A stretch of 26,512 bases of DNA from Candidatus Moanibacter sp. (lineage in GTDB: Bacteria; Verrucomicrobiota; Verrucomicrobiia; Opitutales; UBA2987): the NCBI GenBank assembly GCA_965215885.1, contig CBDCEW010000021.1, forward strand, positions 1 to 26,512, written 5' to 3'. The translations under genes and the position numbers were made by a program. Positions 8,696 to 17,328 of this stretch are shown piece by piece. The number at the start of each line of letters is the position of its first letter. Position 1 is the stretch's first letter. The notes below the pieces were generated by a model. That model worked only from the letters and a program-made list of their open reading frames with translations. It had not been told where the DNA came from and did no database searches.

Positions 8696-10069
8696 AGCCT
8701 GGCGATATACCGTGAGCTTGTAGCGGTCCGTAACTAGCGTACGGAGATGCACCGTCGTCGGGTTATGCCGGTTCTCTATGATGACATGATCACGTGCCTG
8801 TTCGGATCGGCCCGACCAGACATCGAGTTGACTCATACCTTACATGATTCCCGGAACCTCGATGCCCGCCGCGGTGAGAAAAGTCGGCGCGTAATCGATC
8901 AGCCCCTGCAGCGCCGTGTTGACCCGACTCGCGGGCACGACTCCGGGATAACGTACCAGCATCGGCAGACGCAGCAAATCTTCATAGTGGAAGGCGCCCT
9001 TGGCGATGAGCCCGTGCTGGCCGAGAAAATGGCCGTGATCCGAGGTGAATACTACCAGCGTGTTGTCAGCGATAGCGAGCCGGTCGAGGCCATTCAAAAT
9101 GTTACCGATGGCCCGGTCCATCAGACTTATCATCCCGTAATAGCAGGTGATGCTGCGCCGAAGTTCCTCATCGCCGTGCAGATGAGAGTGAAACCCGTGC
9201 AATCCGTGTCCACCAGCTTCCTGGTACATACTGTAGTCGGGCTTTTTTTCCTGGGTCTTCAGGAAATGCGGCGGCATGTCGTCCAGTTCGCCCGGCACCA
9301 GACAGCCCGGCTCCACCTCGGTGGGATCGTAGATACTCGCCCAGGGTTCAGGGACAACGTAAGGCGGATGCGGATCGAAGAAACTCGCCCACAAGAAAAA
9401 CGGCTGATCGGCCTGCACTGCCTGCTCGATATTGGCAATGGTGCGTTCCGCCACCCAGTGCGAATGGTGCAACTCTTCGGGCAGGTCCCAGGCCATCATT
9501 CCTCGGGTGTATTGTGGCCCCTTATATTTGTCGTCGTCGCGCGGCGGCCACTGTTGGAAATAGTCGCGCCATTCTGTAAACCCATTTTCTTCCATCCAGA
9601 TCGCGTAATGTTGACCGGCGTGCGATTCGTGGCCGTGCATCCGGGCAGTCTCGACGTGACCGAAACCGTACCAGGGACCGTGAAAGTTGCGCCAGAAGTC
9701 GAGGTCCCGCAGAACGGGCTGACATTCGATCGATTCGCTCCCAGGTTGCGAGGCTAAGGGCTGGAAATGCGCCTTCCCAATCAGCGTGGTCTGATAGCCG
9801 TGCTCCTGCAGCTCGCCGCCGACCGTCGGCACATCCTCCGGCAGCTTGACGCCGATAGTCCAGCAGTGGTGTGAAGACGGGTAGAGCCCGGTAATGAGGG
9901 TCGAGCGCGAAGGTGAACAGACCGGGTTGTTGCAGTAGGCGCGTTCAAACAGCGTACCTTCCTTGGCGAGCCGGTCGAGAGCTGGTGTCCGGATGCGAGG
10001 ATTATTTACGCCGAGAGTGTCGTAATGTTGCTGGTCGCTCGTTATGAGAAGGATGTTGGGCTGGGGCAT
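8696..10069 (-). pseudogene. Cys-type sulfatase (S1 family), IS66-interrupted, with premature TAA at 8840-8842
   Basis: PNILLITSDQ, CSPSR, IGKAH, FFDPHPP, FTSDHG. The frame continues 48 codons past the TAA (GMSQLDVW...TDRYKLTVYRQA) exactly to the IS66 TIR. Confidence 0.92.
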
Positions 10070-10311
10070 AGAACGTATTTTCTATTTGATGGAAAAGCAA
10101 CAGCTTCGAACGTCCCGTTCCAGTTCACCGTGCCCACCGCAATTCTTCCAGAGGTGGGACGGGCGCTCCGGCGCACCACCCCAATGCCGAGTTCTACTCC
10201 AGAAAGCAATACGGACAAGAGGAAACCGATCCCGACTCCAAGAGAAATCACAACTGAGCCGATTACAAACGACGGAACCAGTATGAGGATTATTAGATTC
10301 ATTATATCCAT
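10042..10311 (-). CDS. Small hydrophobic membrane protein or truncated remnant
   Basis: Strong RBS AAAGGAGG before ATG 10311 and about 45 hydrophobic residues. The frame then enters a REP-like remnant (GTGGGACGGGCGCTCC near 10154). Confidence 0.4.
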   Translation of the reverse strand: MDIMNLIILILVPSFVIGSVVISLGVGIGFLLSVLLSGVELGIGVVRRSARPTSGRIAVGTVNWNGTFEAVAFPSNRKYVLCPSPTSFS

Positions 10312-10348
10312 CAGTATCCTCCTTTGACTGAACTCCGTCTCCCGACCG

Positions 10349-11347
10349 TCAGCGATTACTGACTTTCGGATACTCGTTCTCGAGCGCCTGGATGAGCGCG
10401 ATAATATATCCGAACTGGTAGGCCCACCCTTGCCTAACGCGATTCGAAACACCCTTCGGTGCCATATCGTCCGGATGGAAGGGGGAATGGTCAGGCATCA
10501 GCATGTAGGGGTATTCCGCTTCGTGCAGAGTCTTGGCGATCTGGTACATGTTGACGTCCCCTTCGTCCGGCCAAGTCTCGCTGAAATCGTGCAGGCCGCC
10601 CCGGATGTTCCTGAAGTGCACATTGAAGATCTTCTTTCTCTCCGCGAAATATCTCACGATGGGCGGCAATTCCACTGCAGGATTTTCTAATCCTTCCGCC
10701 GCCACCCCGCAACAGAAGTTGAAGCCGTGGTAGGGACTGTCGACAAGTTCACTGAATCGTTTCAGCCCTTCGAAAACGGGCCAATCCCATCTCTCAACAC
10801 CGTTGAGCACCGGAGCGGGCGGGTCGTCGAGATGGCATGCCATCTGGATTTTGTGCTCCTCGGCCACGGGAATGACCCTTTCCAGAAAGTAGGCTGCACG
10901 CTCGAACACCTCTTCTCGACTGACGACACCGGCCCGAGACAGCGTGTCGTTGTCATACTCCGCCAGTACGAATGAACTGTAGGTTGAACCTCCACGACCT
11001 TGCCTTCGGCTTGTGCGCTGCACGAGGCCCCCGGCGTGTTCAGCTCTCAATACGCAGAAATTGTAGTTGAGACCGCGTAGCCCTGACCTGCTCGCATTTT
11101 CGATAGTTTGGCAGACGGTGTCGATTTCCCCCTGACGCTGGGGATCCTCGGCCAGGGGACCGTTATCGAGAGGCGGGATATGGACCATCTCCAACTCCAC
11201 CCCGTACCTGGCCGCTTCTTCACGATGCCGGGTAAGCGTTTCGGCATCCATTCCGTCGACTCGGGCATCAAAATGGGTCACGCCGTGCCGAGCCAGAAAC
11301 TCCATCTCTCTCTTCGACGTGCCGAAATACTGTGCGCCTACGTACAT
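10349..11347 (-). CDS. uxuA: Mannonate dehydratase (UxuA)-family protein
   Basis: LNYNF, YFLERVIPVAEE, CHLDDPP, GFNFCCG, IFNVHFRNIRG, ETWPDEGDVNM, LMPDH. Substrate not certain. Confidence 0.85.
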   Translation of the reverse strand: MYVGAQYFGTSKREMEFLARHGVTHFDARVDGMDAETLTRHREEAARYGVELEMVHIPPLDNGPLAEDPQRQGEIDTVCQTIENASRSGLRGLNYNFCVLRAEHAGGLVQRTSRRQGRGGSTYSSFVLAEYDNDTLSRAGVVSREEVFERAAYFLERVIPVAEEHKIQMACHLDDPPAPVLNGVERWDWPVFEGLKRFSELVDSPYHGFNFCCGVAAEGLENPAVELPPIVRYFAERKKIFNVHFRNIRGGLHDFSETWPDEGDVNMYQIAKTLHEAEYPYMLMPDHSPFHPDDMAPKGVSNRVRQGWAYQFGYIIALIQALENEYPKVSNR

Positions 11348-11571
11348 CGATTTTCTCCAGTCTGCAATTTCCGGGGTCGAATCTCCTTTTTACACGAGCA
11401 GAGACACCCAAGTAGCGACGATGATTTCACCATTTACCGACTCGTTGACCTCCAATGCGTCGAACGGCCCATCGTAGAAGTAATCCTCGGGTCCGAATTC
11501 GAATCTGCAATCAAGTGTAATCGTTTCTGATACGAATCTGTTTTCATGGAGTTAGGTTACCATATAGGGTC

Positions 11572-12141
11572 TCAGTCAACCCATTTGCTCACCCTAGGTG
11601 GCTGGTAGTGGTCAAACCGATCGAGAAGCGCCTGAGGACTTTCTTCCACCACGATCATTTCCCGGTGCAATTCCTGGATGAATCTCTCATTCACAGAGTG
11701 ATCCAGAAACCGTAAAAGCGCACCGTAATAGCCACAAACATTTAGCAGACCACATGGCTTCTCGTGCATGCCGAGCTGTGCCAATGTCAGCACTTCGAAG
11801 ATTTCCTCGAGAGTTCCCAGTCCTCCCGGTGCCGCGATAAAACCGTCAGAAAGGTCGATCATGAGCGCTTTCCGCTCCTGCATGGATCCGACAACACGAA
11901 GGTCCGAGAGGCCATGGTGGGCAACCTCTTTCTCCACAAGAGCAGTCGGCATAACGCCTATGACATCGCGGCCGGCTTCGAGCACAGTGTCTGCCAGTAC
12001 TCCCATCAAGCCTACTTTGGCGCCGCCATACACGAGACCGAGTTCCCGCGAGGCGAGCTCCCTACCAAGGGATTTGGCTGCGTTAACGTACTCAGGACCA
12101 AGGCCACGGCTCGAACCTGCGAACACACAAATGCGTTTCAT
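11572..12141 (-). CDS. LOG-family nucleotide phosphoribohydrolase (TIGR00730-like)
   Basis: ICVFAGSS, LVYGGAKVGLMG, MQERK, PGGLGTLEE, KPCGLLNVCGYY. Confidence 0.92.
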   Translation of the reverse strand: MKRICVFAGSSRGLGPEYVNAAKSLGRELASRELGLVYGGAKVGLMGVLADTVLEAGRDVIGVMPTALVEKEVAHHGLSDLRVVGSMQERKALMIDLSDGFIAAPGGLGTLEEIFEVLTLAQLGMHEKPCGLLNVCGYYGALLRFLDHSVNERFIQELHREMIVVEESPQALLDRFDHYQPPRVSKWVD

Positions 12142-12152
12142 CGCTTCTCTTC

Positions 12153-13127
12153 CTAATAGCAGCGCTGTTTATCGACGACGTTTCTAAGAGGCTCACCATT
12201 CAAGAATCGGCGGAGGTTATCGGTAAACACTTCGATCCTTCGCCGATTCATGGAATGCGAACTTCCCGCATAGTGTCCGGTGATTAACACATTCTCTATT
12301 GACCAAAGTGGAGAATCCTGGGGCAACGGTTCTGTTTCAAAGACGTCGAGACCGGCCGCCGCAATCTCGCCGTTTTGCAGAGCGCCGATCAAAGCCTCTT
12401 CGTCGACCGTCCCTCCCCGCCCCACGTTGACAAATATAGCTGTCCTTTTCATCGCCCGGAATGCAGCATCGCCGACCATATGGCGGGTATCCGGTGTTAA
12501 AGGGAGCGTGCTCGCAACGATATCGGCATCGGGAAGTACATCGAGGAGTTCGGCCGCTGATACGCATCGATCGATCGGTGCCTCACTCGGTTTTCGCTCT
12601 CGCCGCACTCCAACGATTTTCATACCAAATACGGCGGCCAGTTCAGCTACCCGCTTTCCAATAGAACCGACACCTAAGAGCAGCAGGTTCAGGTCGGATA
12701 ATTCAACCAAGGAACCTCCCGCGGGTCTGTGCCAGCGGCGTTCGGTTTGCGCGCGAGCGGAAAGATGAATCTGGCGAACGATCGCCAGAATCAATGCCAT
12801 GACGTGCTCGGCCAATGCATTGTAATGATTGTCGGACATATTCGTGATGGTGAGCGCGCTCTGTCGAAGTTCCTCGAGTGGAATAAGCCAATTGCCGCCC
12901 GTGCCGAATTGTTGAAACCAGATGAGCGAAGGGGCCTCTCCCAGACGCTCCCGCGGAACACTTCCCGCCGCGATGACGACTCGATCAAATACATCTTCGA
13001 ATTTCGCCCTTTCGTCCGAAACCACTACCCGATAACCGGATTTCAGGCCTATCTCTTCGATGAGTTTTCTGTCCCTATGAGGAAGGGCAGACGGATCCAT
13101 CCCAAGGTAAATTATCCTATCAGCCAT
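12153..13127 (-). CDS. D-2-hydroxyacid dehydrogenase
   Basis: GVGSIG, LPLTPDT, FVNVGRG, AGLDVFETEPLP, ITGHYAG. Confidence 0.92.
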   Translation of the reverse strand: MADRIIYLGMDPSALPHRDRKLIEEIGLKSGYRVVVSDERAKFEDVFDRVVIAAGSVPRERLGEAPSLIWFQQFGTGGNWLIPLEELRQSALTITNMSDNHYNALAEHVMALILAIVRQIHLSARAQTERRWHRPAGGSLVELSDLNLLLLGVGSIGKRVAELAAVFGMKIVGVRRERKPSEAPIDRCVSAAELLDVLPDADIVASTLPLTPDTRHMVGDAAFRAMKRTAIFVNVGRGGTVDEEALIGALQNGEIAAAGLDVFETEPLPQDSPLWSIENVLITGHYAGSSHSMNRRRIEVFTDNLRRFLNGEPLRNVVDKQRCY

Positions 13128-13297
13128 TGCTATTCTGGTATCTCACACTTGATTTTAACGAATCAGTGTTGTTGCTCCCCTACAACGTAGCTAGAGCCTA
13201 TATCAATGTCTAGGGTCAAGCCCAATCATGGATCTGAGCTTGATCCACTCGGCACCCCCGCTTTCAATAATCAAATCCCTGAGACTTTAGCGTTAGG

Positions 13298-13897
13298 ATG
13301 AGATTCGAATCCAATTTGAAAAACAAACCCAATATCCGAATCATCGGAGATGCCACGATCCTGAGGCTTCCCAAGGTTGCCCTTTTCTGCTCGGTCAAGT
13401 GCCCCGGTAATTTGATTCTCGAGACCTACGACCTTGCCACGCGTTTCCGCAACGAAGGCATCCTCGTCATCAGCGGCTTCCACTCGCCCATGGAGTTGGA
13501 ATGCCTCCGCATCCTCCTCCGGTCTCCCCATCCCGTAATCTGGTGTCTCGCCCGCGGCATGTATCACCGCATTCCGGCCAGGCCGGTCGACTGCCGATCC
13601 GCCGTGGGAAATGGACGTCTCACAATGGTGTCTCCTTTCCCGGATAAGATCACACACATCACATCGGAAAACGCGCTCTTTCGAAACCAGCTCGTCGCGG
13701 ACATGGCTGCGGCGGTGATGGTCGCTCACGCGGCTCCCGACACTAAAACTGAGGCGCTTTGCCAAGACATACTGGCCTCCGGCAAACCCCTCTACACCTT
13801 TGACCACACCGCCAACGCAAACCTGATCAGTGCCGGAGCAAAAGACGTCGCCGCGATCGACATGGCGGTATTTCGTAGAGCACCGAAAAGCCATTAA
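13298..13897 (+). CDS. Short DprA/Smf-like (SLOG superfamily) protein
   Basis: GDATIL...VALFCSVKCPG, VISGFHSPME, MVSPF, ALFRNQLVADMA, VAHAAP. Rossmann core only, with no SAM or wHTH domain. Confidence 0.75.
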   Translation: MRFESNLKNKPNIRIIGDATILRLPKVALFCSVKCPGNLILETYDLATRFRNEGILVISGFHSPMELECLRILLRSPHPVIWCLARGMYHRIPARPVDCRSAVGNGRLTMVSPFPDKITHITSENALFRNQLVADMAAAVMVAHAAPDTKTEALCQDILASGKPLYTFDHTANANLISAGAKDVAAIDMAVFRRAPKSH

Positions 13898-13932
13898 GCG
13901 CTCTTCTGCGAGTTCAATGAGCCTTCCGCGCC

Positions 13933-14099
13933 TGTCATTGCGAGGAGCGACAGCGACGCGGCAATCCATGAAAATTTCCGCTATTGAACTATACCATAGT
14001 CTAAAGAAAAACTTCGCTTTCGAATCCGCCCGCGGTGAGCCGGTCGAACCCGCTTATCTTTCAAGGTTAATGGGACCGGATCTGTGAGATAAGCGGGTT
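13933..14099. repeat. Cluster of short palindromic repeat remnants
   Basis: TGTCATTGCGAGGAGCGACAGCGACGCGGCAATCC (13933-13967), TCCGCCCGCGGTGAGCCGGTCGAACC (14025-14050), and a 13-bp IR AACCCGCTTATCT / AGATAAGCGGGTT (14047-14059 / 14087-14099). Confidence 0.55.
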
Positions 14100-14171
14100 A
14101 GTCCGGCTCTCTATCATCGACAAACAGTCGTGAATCGAGTTCTATATATCATTACGTAAGGAGATAGATTT

Positions 14172-14915
14172 ATGGCATTGGCAACACGGCAATTGCAGGA
14201 TTACGAAGAGAAGGGATTTACCGTCGTCAGAAACCTGGTCGACACCGACACCATAGCGACTCTCTGCCACGAGATCGACGCTCTGCACGGGCGAATGGCG
14301 CGAGAAGCTCCTCCCGGGGTGACACTCTCATGGGAAGAAGAACTCGATGCGGACAAGGTTCCCAGAATCCGGCAGTTGATGAACAGCGAAAAGGTTTCAC
14401 CCACTATCGATGCGATCCTGCAGTCGGACGACATGCTCGACGTCATTGAACAAATCATCGGTCCGGACATCATCCTCTACCATTCCAAGCTTCTGATGAA
14501 AGCCGCCCACGACGGCACCTTTACCCCGTGGCACCAGGATTGGGGATACTGGCACAAAGCAAGCAGGGAGCCGAGCCAGGTTAATTGCATGCTTTCGATT
14601 GACGCGGCCGTGCCCGACAATGGCTGTATCCGCTTTGTCGAGGGCAGCCATAGCCGCGGTTTGATCGAGCACCACAAGCTTGAGTCTACTTCATTCAATA
14701 CTGGACTTGATGGCGATATAAACGCCTACGAAGCTACGCAGGTTGAGACCGGGCCGGGGGATGGAGTTTTCTTTGGGCCGCTCGTCATTCACGGCTCTGC
14801 ACCCAACAAGTCCGGTCGGGACCGTCGGGCCAACACCTTTGCTTTTGACAAACCGGAAAACAGGCTTCAAGACCGGCAGGAAAGAATATTGCGCCGAAAG
14901 AAAGGGAGAGTATGA
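14172..14915 (+). CDS. PhyH-family Fe(II)/2-oxoglutarate dioxygenase
   Basis: PWHQD, NGCIRFVEGSH, HGSAPNKSGRDRR. RBS AAGGAG. Confidence 0.92.
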   Translation: MALATRQLQDYEEKGFTVVRNLVDTDTIATLCHEIDALHGRMAREAPPGVTLSWEEELDADKVPRIRQLMNSEKVSPTIDAILQSDDMLDVIEQIIGPDIILYHSKLLMKAAHDGTFTPWHQDWGYWHKASREPSQVNCMLSIDAAVPDNGCIRFVEGSHSRGLIEHHKLESTSFNTGLDGDINAYEATQVETGPGDGVFFGPLVIHGSAPNKSGRDRRANTFAFDKPENRLQDRQERILRRKKGRV

Positions 14916-15721
14916 AACGATTAGCGGACAAGGTCATCATTGTCACCGGCAGCACCACCGGCATCGGAGAAGCCATCGCCCGTCGCTGTGTCGAAGAGGG
15001 CGCCAAGGTCGTCGTAGTCGGGCGCGACCGAGAGCGCGGCGAGGCGGTTGTGCAGGACTTGGCAGAAGCGGCAGCGCTGCATGTCGATGATCTCACCGAC
15101 CCCTCGGCGGAAAGCAGGTTAGTAGAGGCAGGGTTGGATGCTTTCGGAAAGATCGACGGCCTCGTCAATAACGCCGCCTGGGTCGTACGAAGCAATCTTT
15201 ATTCAACCAGCGCCGAATTCTTCGACCAGGTTATGAGCATCAACGTCCGGGCTCCGCTGTTGTTGATCAAGGCTGCCATGCCCGAGTTAATCAAGACCGC
15301 TGGCGCCGTAGTCAACATCGGGTCGATCAACGGCTACACCGGAGATGCGAGTCAACTCGACTACAGTATTTCGAAAGCAGCGTTGATGTGCATGTCGCGT
15401 AATCTCGCAAACGCCTTTGCCTCGCAACGCGTCCGCATCAATCACTTCAGCGTTGGCTGGGTGATCACCCCCAACGAATACAAGCTCAAGATGAAGGAGG
15501 GTCTTCCGGAAGGCTGGCCGGAAACGCCCGATAGAGGCAGCGTCCCCACCGGTCGCATGACGCAATTCGCGGATATCGCGAATCATGCAGCCTTCTGGCT
15601 CAGCGACGAAAGCCGCCCCGTCACAGGAAGCGTCATGGTTCTCGAGCAATATCCCCTCATTGGCCGCACACCGGTTGACGAAGGGAGTGTTCCACTCGAT
15701 GAACCTTTGGATGCGAGCTAG
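14912..15721 (+). CDS. SDR-family oxidoreductase, coupled to PhyH
   Basis: TGSTTGIG, NNAA, NIGS, YSISK. ATGA overlap. Confidence 0.92.
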   Translation: MKRLADKVIIVTGSTTGIGEAIARRCVEEGAKVVVVGRDRERGEAVVQDLAEAAALHVDDLTDPSAESRLVEAGLDAFGKIDGLVNNAAWVVRSNLYSTSAEFFDQVMSINVRAPLLLIKAAMPELIKTAGAVVNIGSINGYTGDASQLDYSISKAALMCMSRNLANAFASQRVRINHFSVGWVITPNEYKLKMKEGLPEGWPETPDRGSVPTGRMTQFADIANHAAFWLSDESRPVTGSVMVLEQYPLIGRTPVDEGSVPLDEPLDAS

Positions 15722-15904
15722 TACTGCCCTCGACGCACGCTAAGCCCCTGTTGGAAAAGAATGGGAGAAGAGTTGGCCCACTGATGCAGTAGCCATACCA
15801 CTGTTCCTTACGGTCATCGAAAAAGGAAGGACGAATGCTAAACGCAGTCTCTATTCGTACAAAGTAGCGAGGATCACTGACAAGAACCGTGGTATGGGGC
15901 GCCC

Positions 15905-15934
15905 CGTCCTCCATAGCCCTTGGGCGACGGGGGA
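15905..15934. repeat. Short palindromic repeat remnant
   Basis: GTCCTCCATAGCCCTTGGGCGACGGGGGA is an imperfect hairpin. A similar-looking remnant lies at 24843-24873. Confidence 0.4.
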
Positions 15935-16025
15935 AAGCCCACAGTCAAGGCCGTAGCGGAAAGCGGGAGCTTTTCGATCTTCTCGATGTTTCGAGAACGA
16001 TGTTTGATCTGACGAACAGGAGTTT

Positions 16026-17042
16026 TTAGATCTCCAGCATCGCCTTCACGACCCCCGTCTCCGGTTCGAGCCATGTTGGAAAGTCTGCGATCAGATCCTC
16101 AAACCCCGTCCGATGTGTGATCCATGGCCGGATATCCACTTCCCCTTCCTCCATCAGCGTTATGATCCGCCTGAAATCCCCGGGCTGAGAATTGCGCGTG
16201 GCCAGCAACGTCATTTCCTTTCGGTGGAACTCCGAGTCGCGAAAGGTCACCTCCTCCTGTACAAGCCCTACAAGCGTGAGCCGTCCACCGTTAGCCACAT
16301 ATTCAAACGCCCCGTTCATCGACTGCACATTGCCCGTAGCATCGAACACAGCCGTAGGTAGTTCGCCCGAGAGGGCCTCTCTAAGTTCCTCCACCACCCG
16401 GTCCGGATTGCCAATTCCCTTGGCGACCTCAAAATGCGCGCGGCAAAACGCCAATCGCTGGGGATTCAACTCGAGCACTACAACATGCGCTCCCGCCACC
16501 TGCAGAAACTGCACCACCGACAACCCGATGGGGCCGGCTCCGATCACCAGCACTGATTCCCCCTTTTCCGGCCGTGCACGCTCCACCGCATGAGCGCCAA
16601 TGCCCAAGGTCTCCACCAGCGCGAGCTGTTCCAGCGACAGCACCTCTGAAGTGTGCAGTTTGTGGGCCGGCACCACCATTCGCTCTCGCATTCCCCCGTC
16701 CACATGCACCCCAATTACACGGAGGCTTTCACAGCAATTGGTCTTGCCTTTCCGGCACGCAACGCAAGTGCCACAATTCAAATAGGGTTCCACCGCTCCC
16801 CGATCGCCCACCTTCACAGTTCCCACTCCCTCGCCTACGGCCCCCACCTCTACACCCAGTTCGTGCCCCAGAATGCGCGGATACTCAAAAAACGGCTGTC
16901 GCCCCCGATACGCATGCAAATCCGTCCCACAAATCCCCACCCGATGCACCAGAACCTCGACCTCGCCGGGACCCGGCCCCTCCGGCGGCGGAGTCTCGGT
17001 TCGAACAAAGTCGCCCGGCCTTTCCAGCACGATCGTTTTCAT
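16026..17042 (-). CDS. Zn-dependent alcohol dehydrogenase (L-galactonate/L-gulonate 5-dehydrogenase-like)
   Basis: GICGTD, LGHELG, CGTCVACRKGKTNCC, GAGPIG, VFDATGN, FHRKEMTLLATRN. GGAGAG RBS before ATG 17042. Confidence 0.88.
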   Translation of the reverse strand: MKTIVLERPGDFVRTETPPPEGPGPGEVEVLVHRVGICGTDLHAYRGRQPFFEYPRILGHELGVEVGAVGEGVGTVKVGDRGAVEPYLNCGTCVACRKGKTNCCESLRVIGVHVDGGMRERMVVPAHKLHTSEVLSLEQLALVETLGIGAHAVERARPEKGESVLVIGAGPIGLSVVQFLQVAGAHVVVLELNPQRLAFCRAHFEVAKGIGNPDRVVEELREALSGELPTAVFDATGNVQSMNGAFEYVANGGRLTLVGLVQEEVTFRDSEFHRKEMTLLATRNSQPGDFRRIITLMEEGEVDIRPWITHRTGFEDLIADFPTWLEPETGVVKAMLEI

Positions 17043-17133
17043 GGCTAACACTCTCCGGTAGGCATGTTCTTAGCGACAAGAAAATATCTGCTGCTTCGCA
17101 ACCGTATCGACACCTGGACACCAAATGAGACGA

Positions 17134-17296
17134 GAATAGCGCTAAGATAATGGGCATCACCGGTACATTCGGCCGGACCCTCATCGGCCGCCCCTCGACT
17201 TGCTAGGGGTCTGCGACAAGCGGCTTCCTACAATGACCTACATTCGTCGTAGGAAGCTCGCTCGCGAGCGATCACCCCGTTATCTTGACGCCATTC
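17134..17296. mobile_element. MITE-like element containing a GTAG REP pair, copy 1
   Basis: Ends GAATAGCGCTAAGATAATGGG ... CCCGTTATCTTGACGCCATTC. Aligns in inverted orientation with 24639-24777. No clear TSD. Confidence 0.75.
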
Positions 17297-17328
17297 AAGT
17301 CTGAGTCCTTTGCCCTTCTCTTACTGGA

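Noticed and set aside
8840..8842. Stop-codon recoding in the sulfatase
   Set aside because: The codon is TAA (not a Sec or Pyl codon), TAA ends other genes here, and the gene is also IS-disrupted.
8747..9757. 336-aa plus-strand ORF, and similar long ORFs at 2534-3193, 3951-4709, 17680-18471 and 23007-23612
   Set aside because: Antisense or alternative-frame shadows of well-supported genes in GC-rich DNA, with no recognisable motifs.
13298..13897. Canonical competence dprA
   Set aside because: It is too short, lacks the accessory domains and usual VGxR motif, and has no competence context, so no symbol was assigned.
13271..13969. 232-aa minus-strand ORF starting MDCRVAVAPRND
   Set aside because: The start is a translation of a palindromic repeat, and the rest is antisense to the DprA-like gene.
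15657..15914. 85-aa ORF between the SDR and the Zn dehydrogenase
   Set aside because: It starts inside a repeat remnant, overlaps the SDR end, and has no recognisable motif.
17123..17307. TSD around MITE copy 1
   Set aside because: The flanks AAATGAGACGA and AAGTCTGAGTC match at only 5/11 positions.
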